Assembly (NCBI GenBank): GCA_900617105.1
Contig: UYFQ01000388.1
Location: 1 to 51,720, forward strand
Length of the DNA stretch: 51,720 nt
Origin: Hydrurus foetidus
Taxonomy: Eukaryota
Direction: 5' to 3'
The notes beneath the pieces were generated by a model, which did no database searches, was not told the origin of the DNA, and saw nothing but the letters and a program-made list of their open reading frames with translations. The first letter of the stretch is position 1; the number at the start of each line of letters is the position of its first letter. Both the position numbers and the translations under genes were made by a program. Shown in pieces: positions 21,001-42,811 of this stretch.

Positions 21001-21673
21001 CCGCCACGTCGCAAAGCTACTGTACCTCGCGAAGCGCGCGAGACCAGACTGTCTGACGGCAGTAGCGTTCCTTACGACGCGGGTGACCAAGTGCAGCGTA
21101 GATGACTTGGTGAAACTAGAGAGGGTACTTAAGTATGTATGCGCCACAAGAGACAGGGGATTAGTGTTCGAGGCGGGGAGCAAGGGGATCGTTGTGAGTG
21201 TACTCATCGATGCGGCGTACGGGGTGCACCCAGACGGGAAGTCGCACACGGGAAGCTGTGTAGTAGTGGGAATGAGGGGTGCGGTGCACTGCAAGTCAGC
21301 GAAGCAGCAGATAGTGACGAAGTCGAGCACGGAAGCGGAACTGGTAGCGCTATCTGACTCGACTAACCAAGCACTATACCTTAGAAACTTCATTATAGGG
21401 CAAGGACACACTCCAGGGCCAGTGACGGTGTACCAGGACAATATGTCGTGCATGTCCCTCATCGAGCGAGGACGGTCAGCGGGAGAGCGCACAAGACACA
21501 TCTCGATCAAATACTTTTGGTTGAAGGAAAGAGTGGACACGGGAGAGGCGCGAGTGGTGCACCTTGGGACTAAAGATATGTACGCGAACCTCCTGACGAA
21601 GCCGCTGCAGGGAGCACAGTTCAAATCAGAGAGATACGGGATCACTGGATGGATAGATGATATTTTAGCTTAG
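18035..21673 (+). CDS. Copia pol: protease, integrase, reverse transcriptase, RNase H
   Basis: LLDNEAS (PR); SIDIMF, SDGEG, RIERKIR (IN); KARLVAGG, DISGAFL, LDKALYG, VHVDD (RT); IDAAY, SSTEAELVA, YQDN, ANLLTKPL (RH). Confidence 0.95.
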   Translation: MALVASEEKCCFTRFDVLLDNEASLNIFSNPSLLTDIRKATRSVKVSGIHLGSEVNVDREGEFGELGTVFYSGSAAANILSFASQVDAGAIIRYDYEMDVFTLQPKGSDRTYRFGRKQVKGSEGRFYSCDWRDVEAEIAMVTTVAQNSQLFTKREIERARQARELMARMGFPTVEQAMSIVNSGSNFDITTRDFQIADAIWGKDMASLKGKTTKRASPSADIVVSSKIEQRDQVVSIDIMFIDKVAMLIGVATPLGLTIAYSLTDIASKKSSRGVGEVRNGITHFRSVLASQNFRVSTIMSDGEGAVVSLVDELGLLGVEVDISGAGGHVARIERKIRLIKERVRSHVAYHLPFTLSTVGITMCVLYVVSRLNYETGGIRESGPSPREAFIGRKPDGKRDFRCSFGDYVQCTVPNTDSSLKPRTEDCVVMLPLGNRTGTVRMLSLSTGRMVNRDHFRVMPMPESVINRMNELALADGRKKGKGVITERASSYTQDDGIREGLPDTIEVSVNDGVDPSVISIGEDEVSEPVNDPVDEWQEEIGDMTCDALDLSEPTYTPFVANAKPKPVEMDELIGSLSSMEVGPYQYIDEPMDGIDAQGVPVDYTAGGGAGIAEEGTGQTHMDVLEARMRAEPGPVARMRRGDFMSYFRGGDGEVALLTRDYSGDGEHWGEYIFNISVNEALRTRGDAAVSVIEKELGQMIAKNVWSPVNLKGLTNDEKHRIIRSSMFLKEKFLASGEFEKLKARLVAGGDQQDKSLYEDLSAPTVGTSSVFVLLSIAAHEGRAVTVIDISGAFLNADMNTGLTVHMRLDRNMTNMMIKLAPGYSEYVDNKGCVVVRLDKALYGCVESAALWYENLRDGLAALGYLPNAHDMCVFNKHNEYGVQCSIAVHVDDLMITSIDGGMIESLSNGLIARYGDITRKNGPIVNYLGMVFDMSTTGVARVSMRGYVEDMLKESGTVGGARTPATEGLFDVREDAAMATEAERMRFHRHVAKLLYLAKRARPDCLTAVAFLTTRVTKCSVDDLVKLERVLKYVCATRDRGLVFEAGSKGIVVSVLIDAAYGVHPDGKSHTGSCVVVGMRGAVHCKSAKQQIVTKSSTEAELVALSDSTNQALYLRNFIIGQGHTPGPVTVYQDNMSCMSLIERGRSAGERTRHISIKYFWLKERVDTGEARVVHLGTKDMYANLLTKPLQGAQFKSERYGITGWIDDILA

Positions 21674-21740
21674 TTTATTTTAATATCGAGACTTATGTTT
21701 GATGCGTGAATAGAAACAATTGTGATGTGGCATAGGGGTG

Positions 21741-21876
21741 TGTTGGATATATCTAGGTTTATGACACGAACACAATCTGTGTACTTATGCATTCGTACGG
21801 ACGTACGGATTTGTCTGTGTGTGTGTGTGTGTGATGAAAGATGTGTGGACCCGTGCTTTGTTTTTATACTTCAACA
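21741..21876 (+). repeat. Putative 3' LTR of element C (136 bp)
   Basis: TGTTG...CAACA termini after AGGGGTG; no partner LTR to confirm the end. Confidence 0.7.
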
Positions 21877-22062
21877 GTAGATATAGAATGTAATTGTTGC
21901 TGCGTTGAAAGGGACTCGGGGACTTCAGCAGGGATGAAGCACAGTCAATTAACAAGTGTTTACTGACAAAGGTGTCTTATTCCACGAGTCTTGACTTTGA
22001 TCCACTACGCCGCTGTACTATCCGGTTCGTACTTCGCCTCGGATCTCTGAATCGTCAACATA

Positions 22063-22276
22063 CCGTAGCAGAATAAAATGTCTGCTTTTCATGCCCAAAA
22101 TCCAACTCAAACGTGTGTGTGGCATGGTCAAAAACGGAGCCCACACCATACTAAAACTTAAAAAGAGGAAGGTTCCCCAGATTTTTTGCTTTTTTAGTAT
22201 GGTGTGGGGTGATTTGGACGTTACCGGAGCTGTTTGGATTTTGGGCACGAAAAGCAGACATTTTATTCTGCTACGG
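22063..22276. mobile_element. MITE, Tc1/mariner/pogo-like (214 bp)
   Basis: ~43-bp terminal inverted repeats CCGTAGCAGAATAAAATGTCTGCTTTTC(A/G)TGCCCAAAATCCAA with 1 mismatch, TA on both sides, and an inner 17-bp inverted pair CCCACACCATACTAAAA. Confidence 0.88.
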
Positions 22277-22378
22277 TAATACAGTGTGCAGTCGTACCCG
22301 CTCTGTGTTGTGAAAGGTGGACTGAAAGGTGTGACGTATAGTATACTGTACAAAAAACGTAAAACGTAATGAACGGCC

Positions 22379-22453
22379 TAAACGGTAAACGGTAAACGGT
22401 AAACGGTAAACGGTAAACGGTAAACAGTAAACGGTAAACGGTAAACGGTAAAC
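22379..22453. repeat. (TAAACGG)n heptamer array, ~10.7 copies
   Basis: Directly visible; one variant unit TAAACAG. Confidence 0.95.
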
Positions 22454-22567
22454 TAATCATTTATAATCGATAATCGCCTTTCTCCTTTCTCCTTGGTGGT
22501 GGGGCAGTTGTGATTGCTTCATTGAAGGACAGACAAAAGGAGAATCATTTAGCGATTAAAGGAAAAA

Positions 22568-23431
22568 ATGGGGAGGCGGAAGAAGGCGGCGAAGAAAGTC
22601 GCTAAAAAGAAAAAGGCGGGTGTTGCAAGGACTTTCAAATGCTTGTTTTGCAATCACGAGGATGTCGTATCCTGTCGCTTAGATATGAAATCAATGACGG
22701 GTGAGAATCACATGATGATCATGCCCTGAATTATAACTTTGCTAATTTCTTTCGAGATTTTCGCAATTTCTTACTGGCAAATAGTTTCTTAGAACATTTG
22801 TCGGAGGAAATAGTTTATTGCAAACATTTGATTGACATGATTTGACAGCGATACAATTACTAGAATCACCATCGAGGAAATCCGCCGTATTTACCTGGCT
22901 GCGTCACAGATATCTTTCATGTTTTTTACAAAATTTGATTACCTCGATATCAGGGGAGCTGGAGTGTAGAATATGCGATGCGAAATTTCAAACAAGTATA
23001 AACAATTTGACTGGTAAGAACACAATGTCGTTGCAGGATATGCTACTGTCGATTGGAGTTGAGTCGCTGGAAAACTTTCCTGATCTGCCCCCATGATCGT
23101 GGGCAACTTATTTGCTTTCTTAATTCTATGATGTCCTCCTGTCGATCTGCATCTCGTGTTCTCCATGTTCAGCAATTCCATCCCACGCACTGGGTATATA
23201 AGACGGCAGCATTCAGAAGGCTGCTTCTACTTCTTTGCTTTTGAAGCTTATTTGTTAAACATCTCTGCCTTCTCAACCCAAAATATCTACTGACTTGATG
23301 TCGATGTAACCCAATCTCACAAATTCCGTAATTCCTCAGATCCAATAGATGTCTTTTCAGAGTGGTTAGATGAAACGACAGATCGGCAAGTCCAAGAGAG
23401 CAAAAATTACGAGCAGGAGTTCGATGATTAG
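22568..23431 (+). CDS. ELF1: Transcription elongation factor 1 homolog, 94 aa; exons 22568-22700, 22954-23013, 23340-23431
   Basis: Not recovered intact in the ORF track. Spliced product MGRRKKAAKK..FKCLFCNHEDVVSCRLD..GELECRICDAKFQTSINNLTDPIDVFSEWLD matches Elf1 zinc-ribbon motifs; GT-AG introns keep the frame. Confidence 0.95.
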
Positions 23432-24221
23432 AGCCACAGCATCCAGTTTTCTTTTCTTGGCATCTAAATAACTGTACAGTAATTGGAATCGGATGACTGG
23501 AGTGCTGTATTGAACCATCCAGCTTTCTCTCATCGCGGAGTAGTGTCGTCATGGCATCTTTGCTGTTCTGATCCATTGCCTTGCTTCGCTTCGCTCTGCT
23601 TTTGCGTGATCTTTTCACCGCACTCTTCTCAGTTACGGTACTGCAGCCGTTTCACATCCTGCATATTCTTGAAACCACAACGAACAATGTCGTTGAAGTC
23701 GAACACAGCGCAGTGCTGATGGGATGGAGATGACGTAGTGATATAAGGTGATGCGAATTGCAGGGTCACTGTCTTCCACTATCAGTCTACAGCAACACTA
23801 GAGTGAGACATTCAATTCCCTCGACTAGTAACTTGTGTTTCCTACTGTGATGCGTCATGCCATACGCATCATGACTAATCTTTAACGCAACTCTAATTAA
23901 GGACACTAATGTCTCACTCCCCAACTCTCTTGGTCTCGGACGTTTTCAGTGGAACAGACTGCATCACACTCCTTTCATATAGAGTTTGATGAATTGTGCT
24001 GTACTGCCAGACAGTTATAATTGGAAAACGAACGAACTCATAATTTGTTGATCAAACAATTGGAAAAAATCAATGGCCTTCGTCTAGACGAGATGTGCCT
24101 TCAGTGGACAGTGTGTCAGTACTATTGAGAAGACAAACATGTAAGAACGGAGTGGAGGAAAACACGGTCATCAACCGATATGACATGTTTAGATAGGATA
24201 TGATAGAATAGGATTCTTGTG

Positions 24222-27200
24222 TCAGTTGAAATTGTCGAATCCGAAACTGAAAGAGAGCTGTCCTGCAGCAGGATTGAAGACCGAGGGCTTCTCCTCGATA
24301 TTTATGTCTGCATCTGCATCTATGCGGACATCCTTCTGGCCGTGCAGAGAAAAAGGAAGAGACGTCGAGAAGGAGGGGTCTCGGGAGTAGAAGGGGAGGA
24401 ACGCATCCATCAAGGCGCTGACCACATCATCCTCGTCCTCATACTCCATCTCTCCTCCTTCTCTCCTTTCTTCTCTCCTTTCCTCCCCCTTACTCCCTGT
24501 GATTGCCCTCCTTCACCTTGCCACTTCCCTCCATTATCACCGTTTCTCCGCCTTTGAAGTGCCCGTGTATCTTGCTCCCTCTTCTCCCACATCGCCCCTA
24601 CCGCATTCACTTCAACATCGCCTACTCCTATCTCTATCTCACCATCTCTTCCCTTCTCCCCCTCACCCTCCCTCTTCATCCCCTCCTCTTGAGAGCTCCA
24701 TCCCAATCCCCACCCATCGTGATCGCCAGCATCCACATTATCGAGCATAGACTGATACACCTCATCGCTGCAACTAGCCGGTTCCAGCAGTAGGAACACG
24801 GCTATAATATACCGTGTCCCGCTCAGTAGCGGGTCCCCTCCGTGAACCATTTCCCCTCCAGGGAAGGACAACACACAGCCCACATCTAAGAAATATTACA
24901 GGGATGCATTTAGCGGAACAACTATGCAGACGGGAAACAGATGAATACAACTCAACAAGGTTTAGTTCAATTAATGCACTGAAATTTGATTTGATTAGAT
25001 TTGATTTGATATGGTTTGATGTACAGTGATTCACGGTTTGTTTTGACGGAAGTTACGTTGCGTCTGCACTGCGCCGTGTTCAGTAGAGAGCTTCCCATGA
25101 GCAAAACATAATCACAAATAATATGAAGGACGAATGCTAGAGAACTAAATTTGAAAAGAGAGCAAGTTGCGACGCATTGCGAAGGAATTCTTGATCTAAT
25201 AAACGTGGGCTCGAAGAGGAAATAGTGTAGGATAGAATGGAATGCACGATTCGAGGAAATTAAAGTGATTCACGTAGTAGAGGTGTTTAAGGAAGAGACG
25301 AAACAAAAGAAGATAAAGGAGAAATCGTAGCTGTCCTGTCTGATATTAATATGAAGAGTCAGTCAGTCAGTCAGTCAGTCAGTCAGTCAGTCAGTCAGTC
25401 AGTCAGTCAGTCAGAGAATGACTGGACTTATGAGTAATTGTATGAATGAATGAAAGGATGTATACAGGTAGGCTTCAGCTTTTTTTAATTCTATTTTTTC
25501 AGTACGTATGAACGAATAAATGAATGAATGCATAAATGAATTATAGAATGAGTGATATCGTGAGTGACGCACTGACCAGGTCTGATGGCCCTCTGCAGAT
25601 CCGCGAAGAACGTTCCGCCTCCCTCGTACTCGCTGCAGGGGTTGAGGGCGATGATGAGAGAGTGTGTGCTCTCGTCTGTGTGCAGGGGCAGGTACCGCTG
25701 AGAGGAGGACAGGGGGCTGTTGAGACACTCGAACGCAGAACATGGTGAAGATGAAGGAGATGAGGAGGAGGAGGGGAGGGATAGTTTAGAGGAGAAGGTA
25801 GCCGCCTCGGCGCAGGTGCCATAATTTCTATCTTCATCCCTATCCCTATCCCTATCCTTGGAGTCATTGTGGTACTTGACGATGAATGCATCGTGCACCG
25901 CCACTCTTCCCTTACCCCCCATGAACTGATCCCTCAGATCGAGGGAGATCCGATCCCTCATTATACTGTTGAACCACCACAGTAGCTCCGGTATGTCGTG
26001 CAGAGGGATGTCCGTGGTGGGCACCCCGTAGTGACGGTTAGTGGTCCAACCCGGCCCAGATTTCGATCTAGATTCCAGTCCAGGTTCCGTTCTAGTTTCT
26101 GATGTGTCTGACGGGAGCGAACTCAAATTGACGTTTCTGCCAATGTCTGTGACAATATCATCTGTGCCACTCATCATCGCTGCTGCTCGTTTTGTTGGTG
26201 CTCCTTCTACAGCGGCTGTATGGAATTGATATGTGGTGCCAGACGATGCCGATGATGCCTCTGCCAGTCTACATCCTCCTGCTTCATTTGGTATTTCTTT
26301 CAATGGATCTGATTCGAGTTTCACCTTTCCATTAGTCCCAGCCAGAGAGCTGAGAGTGTTACTGTAAGTGTTACTGAGACTGGTAGTGTGATGGTGACTG
26401 AGACTGGGAGATGGCGTTCCTCTGGCGTAGTCCTCCGCCAACCGTATGGCACGATCGCACTCAGCCGCACTGAGTCTCCTCTTTGAGTGTATCCCATATC
26501 GACTCAGACCATCCCTCTCTCCTTCACTGTGCTTGCTCGATACGGTCCCATCTTCTCCCTCACCATCATTTATGTTCCCTTTTAAGTCTTCCTTTCCATC
26601 TTCAACACTATCACAGTTGGATATATAGGATGTGTCTGTCCCTATGCTGTGCACCATTCCCTCAACTAGTCCTACACACACATTGTTCCGAATAACATTC
26701 CTCGCTGCAGCAGCATCGTGGCACTGAGAATCATGGCAATACTTATCGAAATTATAATAATTCAGTTTCTCGCATTGATCCCTGAGAGTGACAAAGGCAC
26801 TAACTTTATTTGCATTTGTGGAATCAGTGGGTCTAGGATCCATCATGTTTTCGACTGTGCTGTTCATGAGATGAATTGACGATTCGATCCCTTCCTCAAC
26901 CTCCACCTCCACCTCTCCCTCTCCCCTCCTTGTCCCTTCCGTGTGCTTCTCTTGATTTCGTGTGTGTGGGTTCTTGTGTGTATGCGCTTCTGTGTGCATT
27001 TGTTTGACTCGGTGATACCCCACACGCCACACACTCCTGCCCACGCCCCAGTCGGAAATGCTCACTCCGCTACTGCTATTAATACTCGTGCTGTCCTGCG
27101 AAGTGGAGGACTCAGAGGGAAGCATGGGAGGGAAAAGGGCTCGTATGTCACTGCTCCTGATGCCGATATTGCTGTTTCTATTGCTACTACTATGTCTCCT

Positions 27201-28493
27201 ACCACTGTCATCTCTCCTTTCATTTCTAATACTATCACTATCGCTATCATTTCTATTATCCTCACCATCTATTCTATTACTAACACTGTCTATTTTATCA
27301 CGGTACCTTTTTCTATTCCTATTCATGCCGCCACTGCTATCATTAGTAAGAAGACTGTCTCCCTTAGCTTCACTACGATTGCTGCAACCTATATTTGCAT
27401 GATGGGGTTGTAGAGAGGAAGATAGAGGGGAAAGGGAGTGGGGAATTGTGATAGTGGGACCCCTCACATTTAGCAGAGCAGCGCCCAGCGAGTGGTACGC
27501 AGTGGCAGCACCCTCCACCAGGTCAGTGAGTGAGAGCACTGTATCTGAACTATGGCTGTCGTGATGAGGAGTACTGTCCCTTGCTTTCCTGCTGGTCTGG
27601 CTTATTTGTGTGACATATGCCGCCCTTGGTCTCTGCGTATCATTCCCCCCTGCGCGTCTATTCCTCCTCGACACAACCTCTCCACTTTTACTACACATCC
27701 CTCCGTTATTGGCCTTACAGGACGTACTCACTTCCTCGCTCTTCTTTGTATTTCTCGCATCACGGACATTTGTGTCTCTCCCTATCTCTATCCCATTCCC
27801 TCTCTCTGTTCTCCTCTCATTACGTATCGCTACGAAACATCTCTCCAGTGACATGACGGCAGCAGCGAACAGAGACACCGCCACCGCTGCCCTCCCTTCC
27901 TGCATGTACACGTCACCCAGCATCATCAACTGGCGTGCAGACAAAGGACGCACCACACTCACTTCATCGTCAACTTCAACATCAACACGGTCAGCACTCT
28001 CAATGTCCGTTATTTCGATTCGATCAGACTTCACTCCTAAAACATCAGTGTCTTTGTCCCTCACTGCCTCTTCACTCAGTCGCACTCTGTCAAGGACAGT
28101 GCCACCCATCATTTGGAATCTAGGATCCAGGGTCCCGTCTGCATTTTGATCTCCATATGGCCAGAGGTGAAATCGAGGATTCGTTTCAAACGAACATTTT
28201 TCGCAGCGACATGTGTCGAGATATTTGCTCTCGTTCTCTCCCTCTCCCTCTATTATATCACCACTTTTCTTCTTGCTTTTATCCACATCTGCACCTGCTG
28301 CATTGTTTACAGTCGCACCAAATAATCCAATCAATTCATCCTGGCGATCTCTCAAGGACTGCTTTCAAAAGAATTTAATGTACAGTTGGTCAATTATCAG
28401 TAGGTAGAAGTGAGGTAAAAGCAAAACCATTCGAATGAAGGATTAAAGAGGAAATGTAGACAGACAGACAGTCAGACAGACAAACAGACAGAC

Positions 28494-28582
<89 letters not shown>

Positions 28583-30924
28583 GGAAGACAGGCAGACAAT
28601 TTATCACTCAAAAGCCATGAAGCGGGTTAATAAGATTAAGTGCAGTGAAGAAGAAGATATGCAGGTCTCAACATGCGTACACTTTAACGAATCATGGCGT
28701 ACCTGACTGGTTTCTACCGCACTGCACAGCACGAAGTCTCCCTTCTTGACGTCTCTTAAGGCCACTAGACGGGTCGACAGTGCGACAGTGGAGGGAGACA
28801 TGAAGGCTTGTAACCGACAGTTCGGCACGCAGCTGTGGGTGACGTACTTGCACCTTGACTGCGAGGAGATTCCCTCTTCTCTGACCTCTACCTTCTTCTC
28901 TACCTTGTTCTCTACCTTGTTGGTGTCGGAGGTGTCAGTGGTCGCGATAGCCGCTGCCTCAGGGTGACATGCATTCTCTTTACCTGCAACACTCCTACTG
29001 ATCCTCTTCCTTCCTGTTACTCCTCTTCCATCATTCCCCACGTTAACATCCTCATTCTCTTCGATCGAACTGAGGGAAGAAGACAGGGAGGAGAAATTAG
29101 GGGTGACCTCTTGATGGCCTACAGAAGCAGGACGCCTCAATGGTCCCCCGTATTGAGCCGTAATTCTGGCCAAATCCACCGCTGCTTGGTCCAAGCATCC
29201 CGCGTTCACGGCTATATTCGGCACCAGAGCCATTGCGAAGAAACAAATGCAGCTAAACGGATTCTCCGTTGGCAGGGATCTAGAGCCAATTACAGATTGA
29301 TTCTCTTTCAGGTCTGCCTCAATGTCTGTCGTGAAAGAAGAAGAAGAATAAGAAGAGGAGGAGGAGGAGGAAGGCATGATGGCAGCTGCTTGAGCTAGAC
29401 GAACTATTCTCCTCTCCGTATCCATCGCATTGACCACTTCCGCCATCTTCACATCCTCTTCCTCTTCTCTTCCTCTACATCTTTGGCCCTCTGCTCATCC
29501 GTTTCCACAATCGCTCCGTCCCCACAGCCATTATCATTCGCGGGACCACAAGTCTTGTGGAATTTTGAATTTATCTGGATTTCAAGAATTGTTTTACGAT
29601 TATTTCCGACTTTATCACGATCAAAATCTCCACCCTCATGTGCTGAATGTGAATCACGATCACATCCATCGCCATCGCCATTGCTTTTGTCGATGCTGAT
29701 TTCACCTCCAGTTTTCAGTCCGGCATCAACTGCGTGAGTGCTGCTTGGACATAGAAAACTTGCCAACGCCTCCAGAATGTTCTTTCGATTCTTGAACTGA
29801 GGAACCTTCGGAAGATCCTTCGCGATCTGGATGAGAGGGTGGTCGATCTGAAGGGGGACTAAATGACAACTGAGCGATCCAAGCATTCGCAGCCATCTCG
29901 GAAATGTGAGTAAATCCGCAAAGATTCTCACGATCACAGCGTAATTATCACTCACAGATGGCAGCTGCCTAGTTTCCTCCAATACAGCAGAATCAGCATT
30001 TTTATCTCTATCTCGTGAAATTGAAAAGTCTGCAGAGACGCCTCTTAATTCATTGTCATGGTAGGAGGGTCCTGTTTTCTCGTGTCTGAGCAGGAGTAGC
30101 AGGAGAGACCAGCTCTCGTGGGCCTGCTGCACCAGAACATCCGAAACATCCAGTGCATCACTCACCTCATCAACATCAATGCCATCGCATACTGAGGACG
30201 GTTGTCCTCCCACTTCCATTCTACAGCTAATATCTCTGCTGTCATCGAAGCCCCCAGCAGCAGAAGAGTCGTTGCTGCACTTGCTGCTGCTGCTGCTACT
30301 GCTGCAGCTGCTGTGCCAAAAAGGGCGCAGACATGGAAATTGATTCTCAAAGTCGACTAACGCACTCTCCAATATTCCACGAACTGTTTCATTGACAGCG
30401 GTAATAAGCGTCGCTTGAGGAGGATCTCTGCTCGTCAGAGAGATCAATGCGAGAGGTGCAGCGTTGCTAATTAGTTTGGCTATTACAGTCGATCCGGCAA
30501 CAAACAAGTCATTCGTTTTAAAAGCGTGACGAGTAAATTCCCTCGTCAGATTTGTATTGCCTTTACCGCCACCAATGCAATTCAACCAATGCCCATTCAA
30601 ACACTCATCGTTTCTCTGGCATTCTGCATTGCAATATCCATGTTTGCATCCTCTCCTGGGGCACATAGTTACTGAGTTCTCCTCTGATCGCTGAGTGATT
30701 CTTGTGACAAACTCTGAAGCTAACTCAGAATTCCCTTGTGCTCGAAAAAGCTGAGCGTCAGTATCACCAAGATACCTGCCACAAGCTGTACAGCAAAAAG
30801 ATGTTTTCCTGCTCTTCTGTGTCTGCGAGAAAAAGAAGGGAGTCTGCTCGATAATGCTGCCTCCCTTTTGAACACTTGCCCCCGCTGTCAACCTCTCCGT
30901 GACAGGAAAAGTTTTGTGGTGCAT
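24222..30924 (-). CDS. SET/MYND (SMYD-like) + TPR-like + 2OG-Fe(II) oxygenase (prolyl/lysyl hydroxylase-like) multidomain protein; exons ~30924-28703, 28358-25577, 24885-24222; apparent frameshifts near 29460 and 24470
   Basis: MYND-like CTAC..CPRRGC..YCNAEC..HWLNC; SET THSCVPNC..LVALRDVKKGD; post-SET CRCEKC; TPR-like helices; WTTNRH..PTTD, LHTDES, YEGGGT, HGG, GTRY. In-phase GT-AG junctions. Confidence 0.8.
25357..25413. repeat. (GTCA)n microsatellite, intronic
   Basis: Directly visible. Confidence 0.95.
28458..28598. repeat. (GACA)n microsatellite, intronic
   Basis: Directly visible. Confidence 0.95.
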
Positions 30925-31835
30925 GACGTATATAGATGAGTGTGAGCTACTCCCAGTAAATACAGTCAGTGTTCTAGACGTACATAGCTCCAGTTATTTA
31001 GTTTCTTCTGCGCCTTGATTTGCACATCAATTCAGAATAACCTCACATTGTTCAAGATTTCGCATCAGCATTTGCAGCGGGACAGTAAGTAGAGCTTGCT
31101 TAAATCTGGCGAAGAGAAATCCTATGTGCTGTCAATGGTTGGAGCGAACTGAGCAAACTGCGATGACTGTCAACCGTACTGCGTCACTTCGGGCTACCAT
31201 TATACCGTACGTACTGTCACAGAGTAACAATTGGACAGTTAGCTCCGATACTGTATATTCGAGTCAAATTTTCCGATCAGCGGGTGACTACTTAGGGAAA
31301 CAGTCTTCTGGCCTCTTTGATAATCAAATTCAGGGAAGTTTGAATTCGCAACTATAGAATTTTCACTATTCGTTTTTTTGGATGGTATATTATGCTAATA
31401 CCCCTGCAACCACAATGTTCCAGCATTTCGAGACCTGCTTCGGATTTTTCAGCCTACAAAGCCATGAATTTCAATCGAGGGCTAGCACGCATATCATCAG
31501 GTAGAAATTCCCGATGCTATGGCTGAGAATGGAGCGGAAAGGGCAACGTGGAACAGTCTGTACTGCGGTACTTCGGGCTACCGTTCTCCCAGGTTTTTTC
31601 AAAAACCCGTTGGAACGTCTTCTGTCGAATATTATTTGTTGTTGAGAATTGAAAATACTCCCCAACAATCCTCGGTGCACATGAATATGCACAACCGATA
31701 GGATTTGGGTATCCGACATTCTGCAGCTGGCTTTTCTTTCTCTCTTTTCTTACTCTTTCAGCTGACATGGCGGCATCCCTTTTTATTCGGAATTATTGAA
31801 GTTGCTGCTGAGTGGAAATCAAATTGGACGAGTTA

Positions 31836-42811
<10,976 letters not shown>

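Larger units (their letters stand above)
16963..21876 (+). mobile_element. Element C: Ty1/Copia LTR retrotransposon, 5' truncated
   Basis: gag-CCHC-PR-IN-RT-RH order, followed by a short PPT and a 3' LTR; no 5' LTR copy seen. Confidence 0.93.

Noticed and set aside
18412..21645. Several antisense ORFs over Copia pol (e.g. 20815-21645)
   Set aside because: Shadow frames of a long coding sequence with no motifs of their own.
22379..22453. Interstitial telomere repeat
   Set aside because: The unit CCGTTTA/TAAACGG does not match TTAGGG or TTTAGGG on either strand.
23169..23719. Minus-strand ORF overlapping ELF1 exon 3
   Set aside because: No recognisable domain, non-ATG start, and overlap with a confident gene on the other strand.
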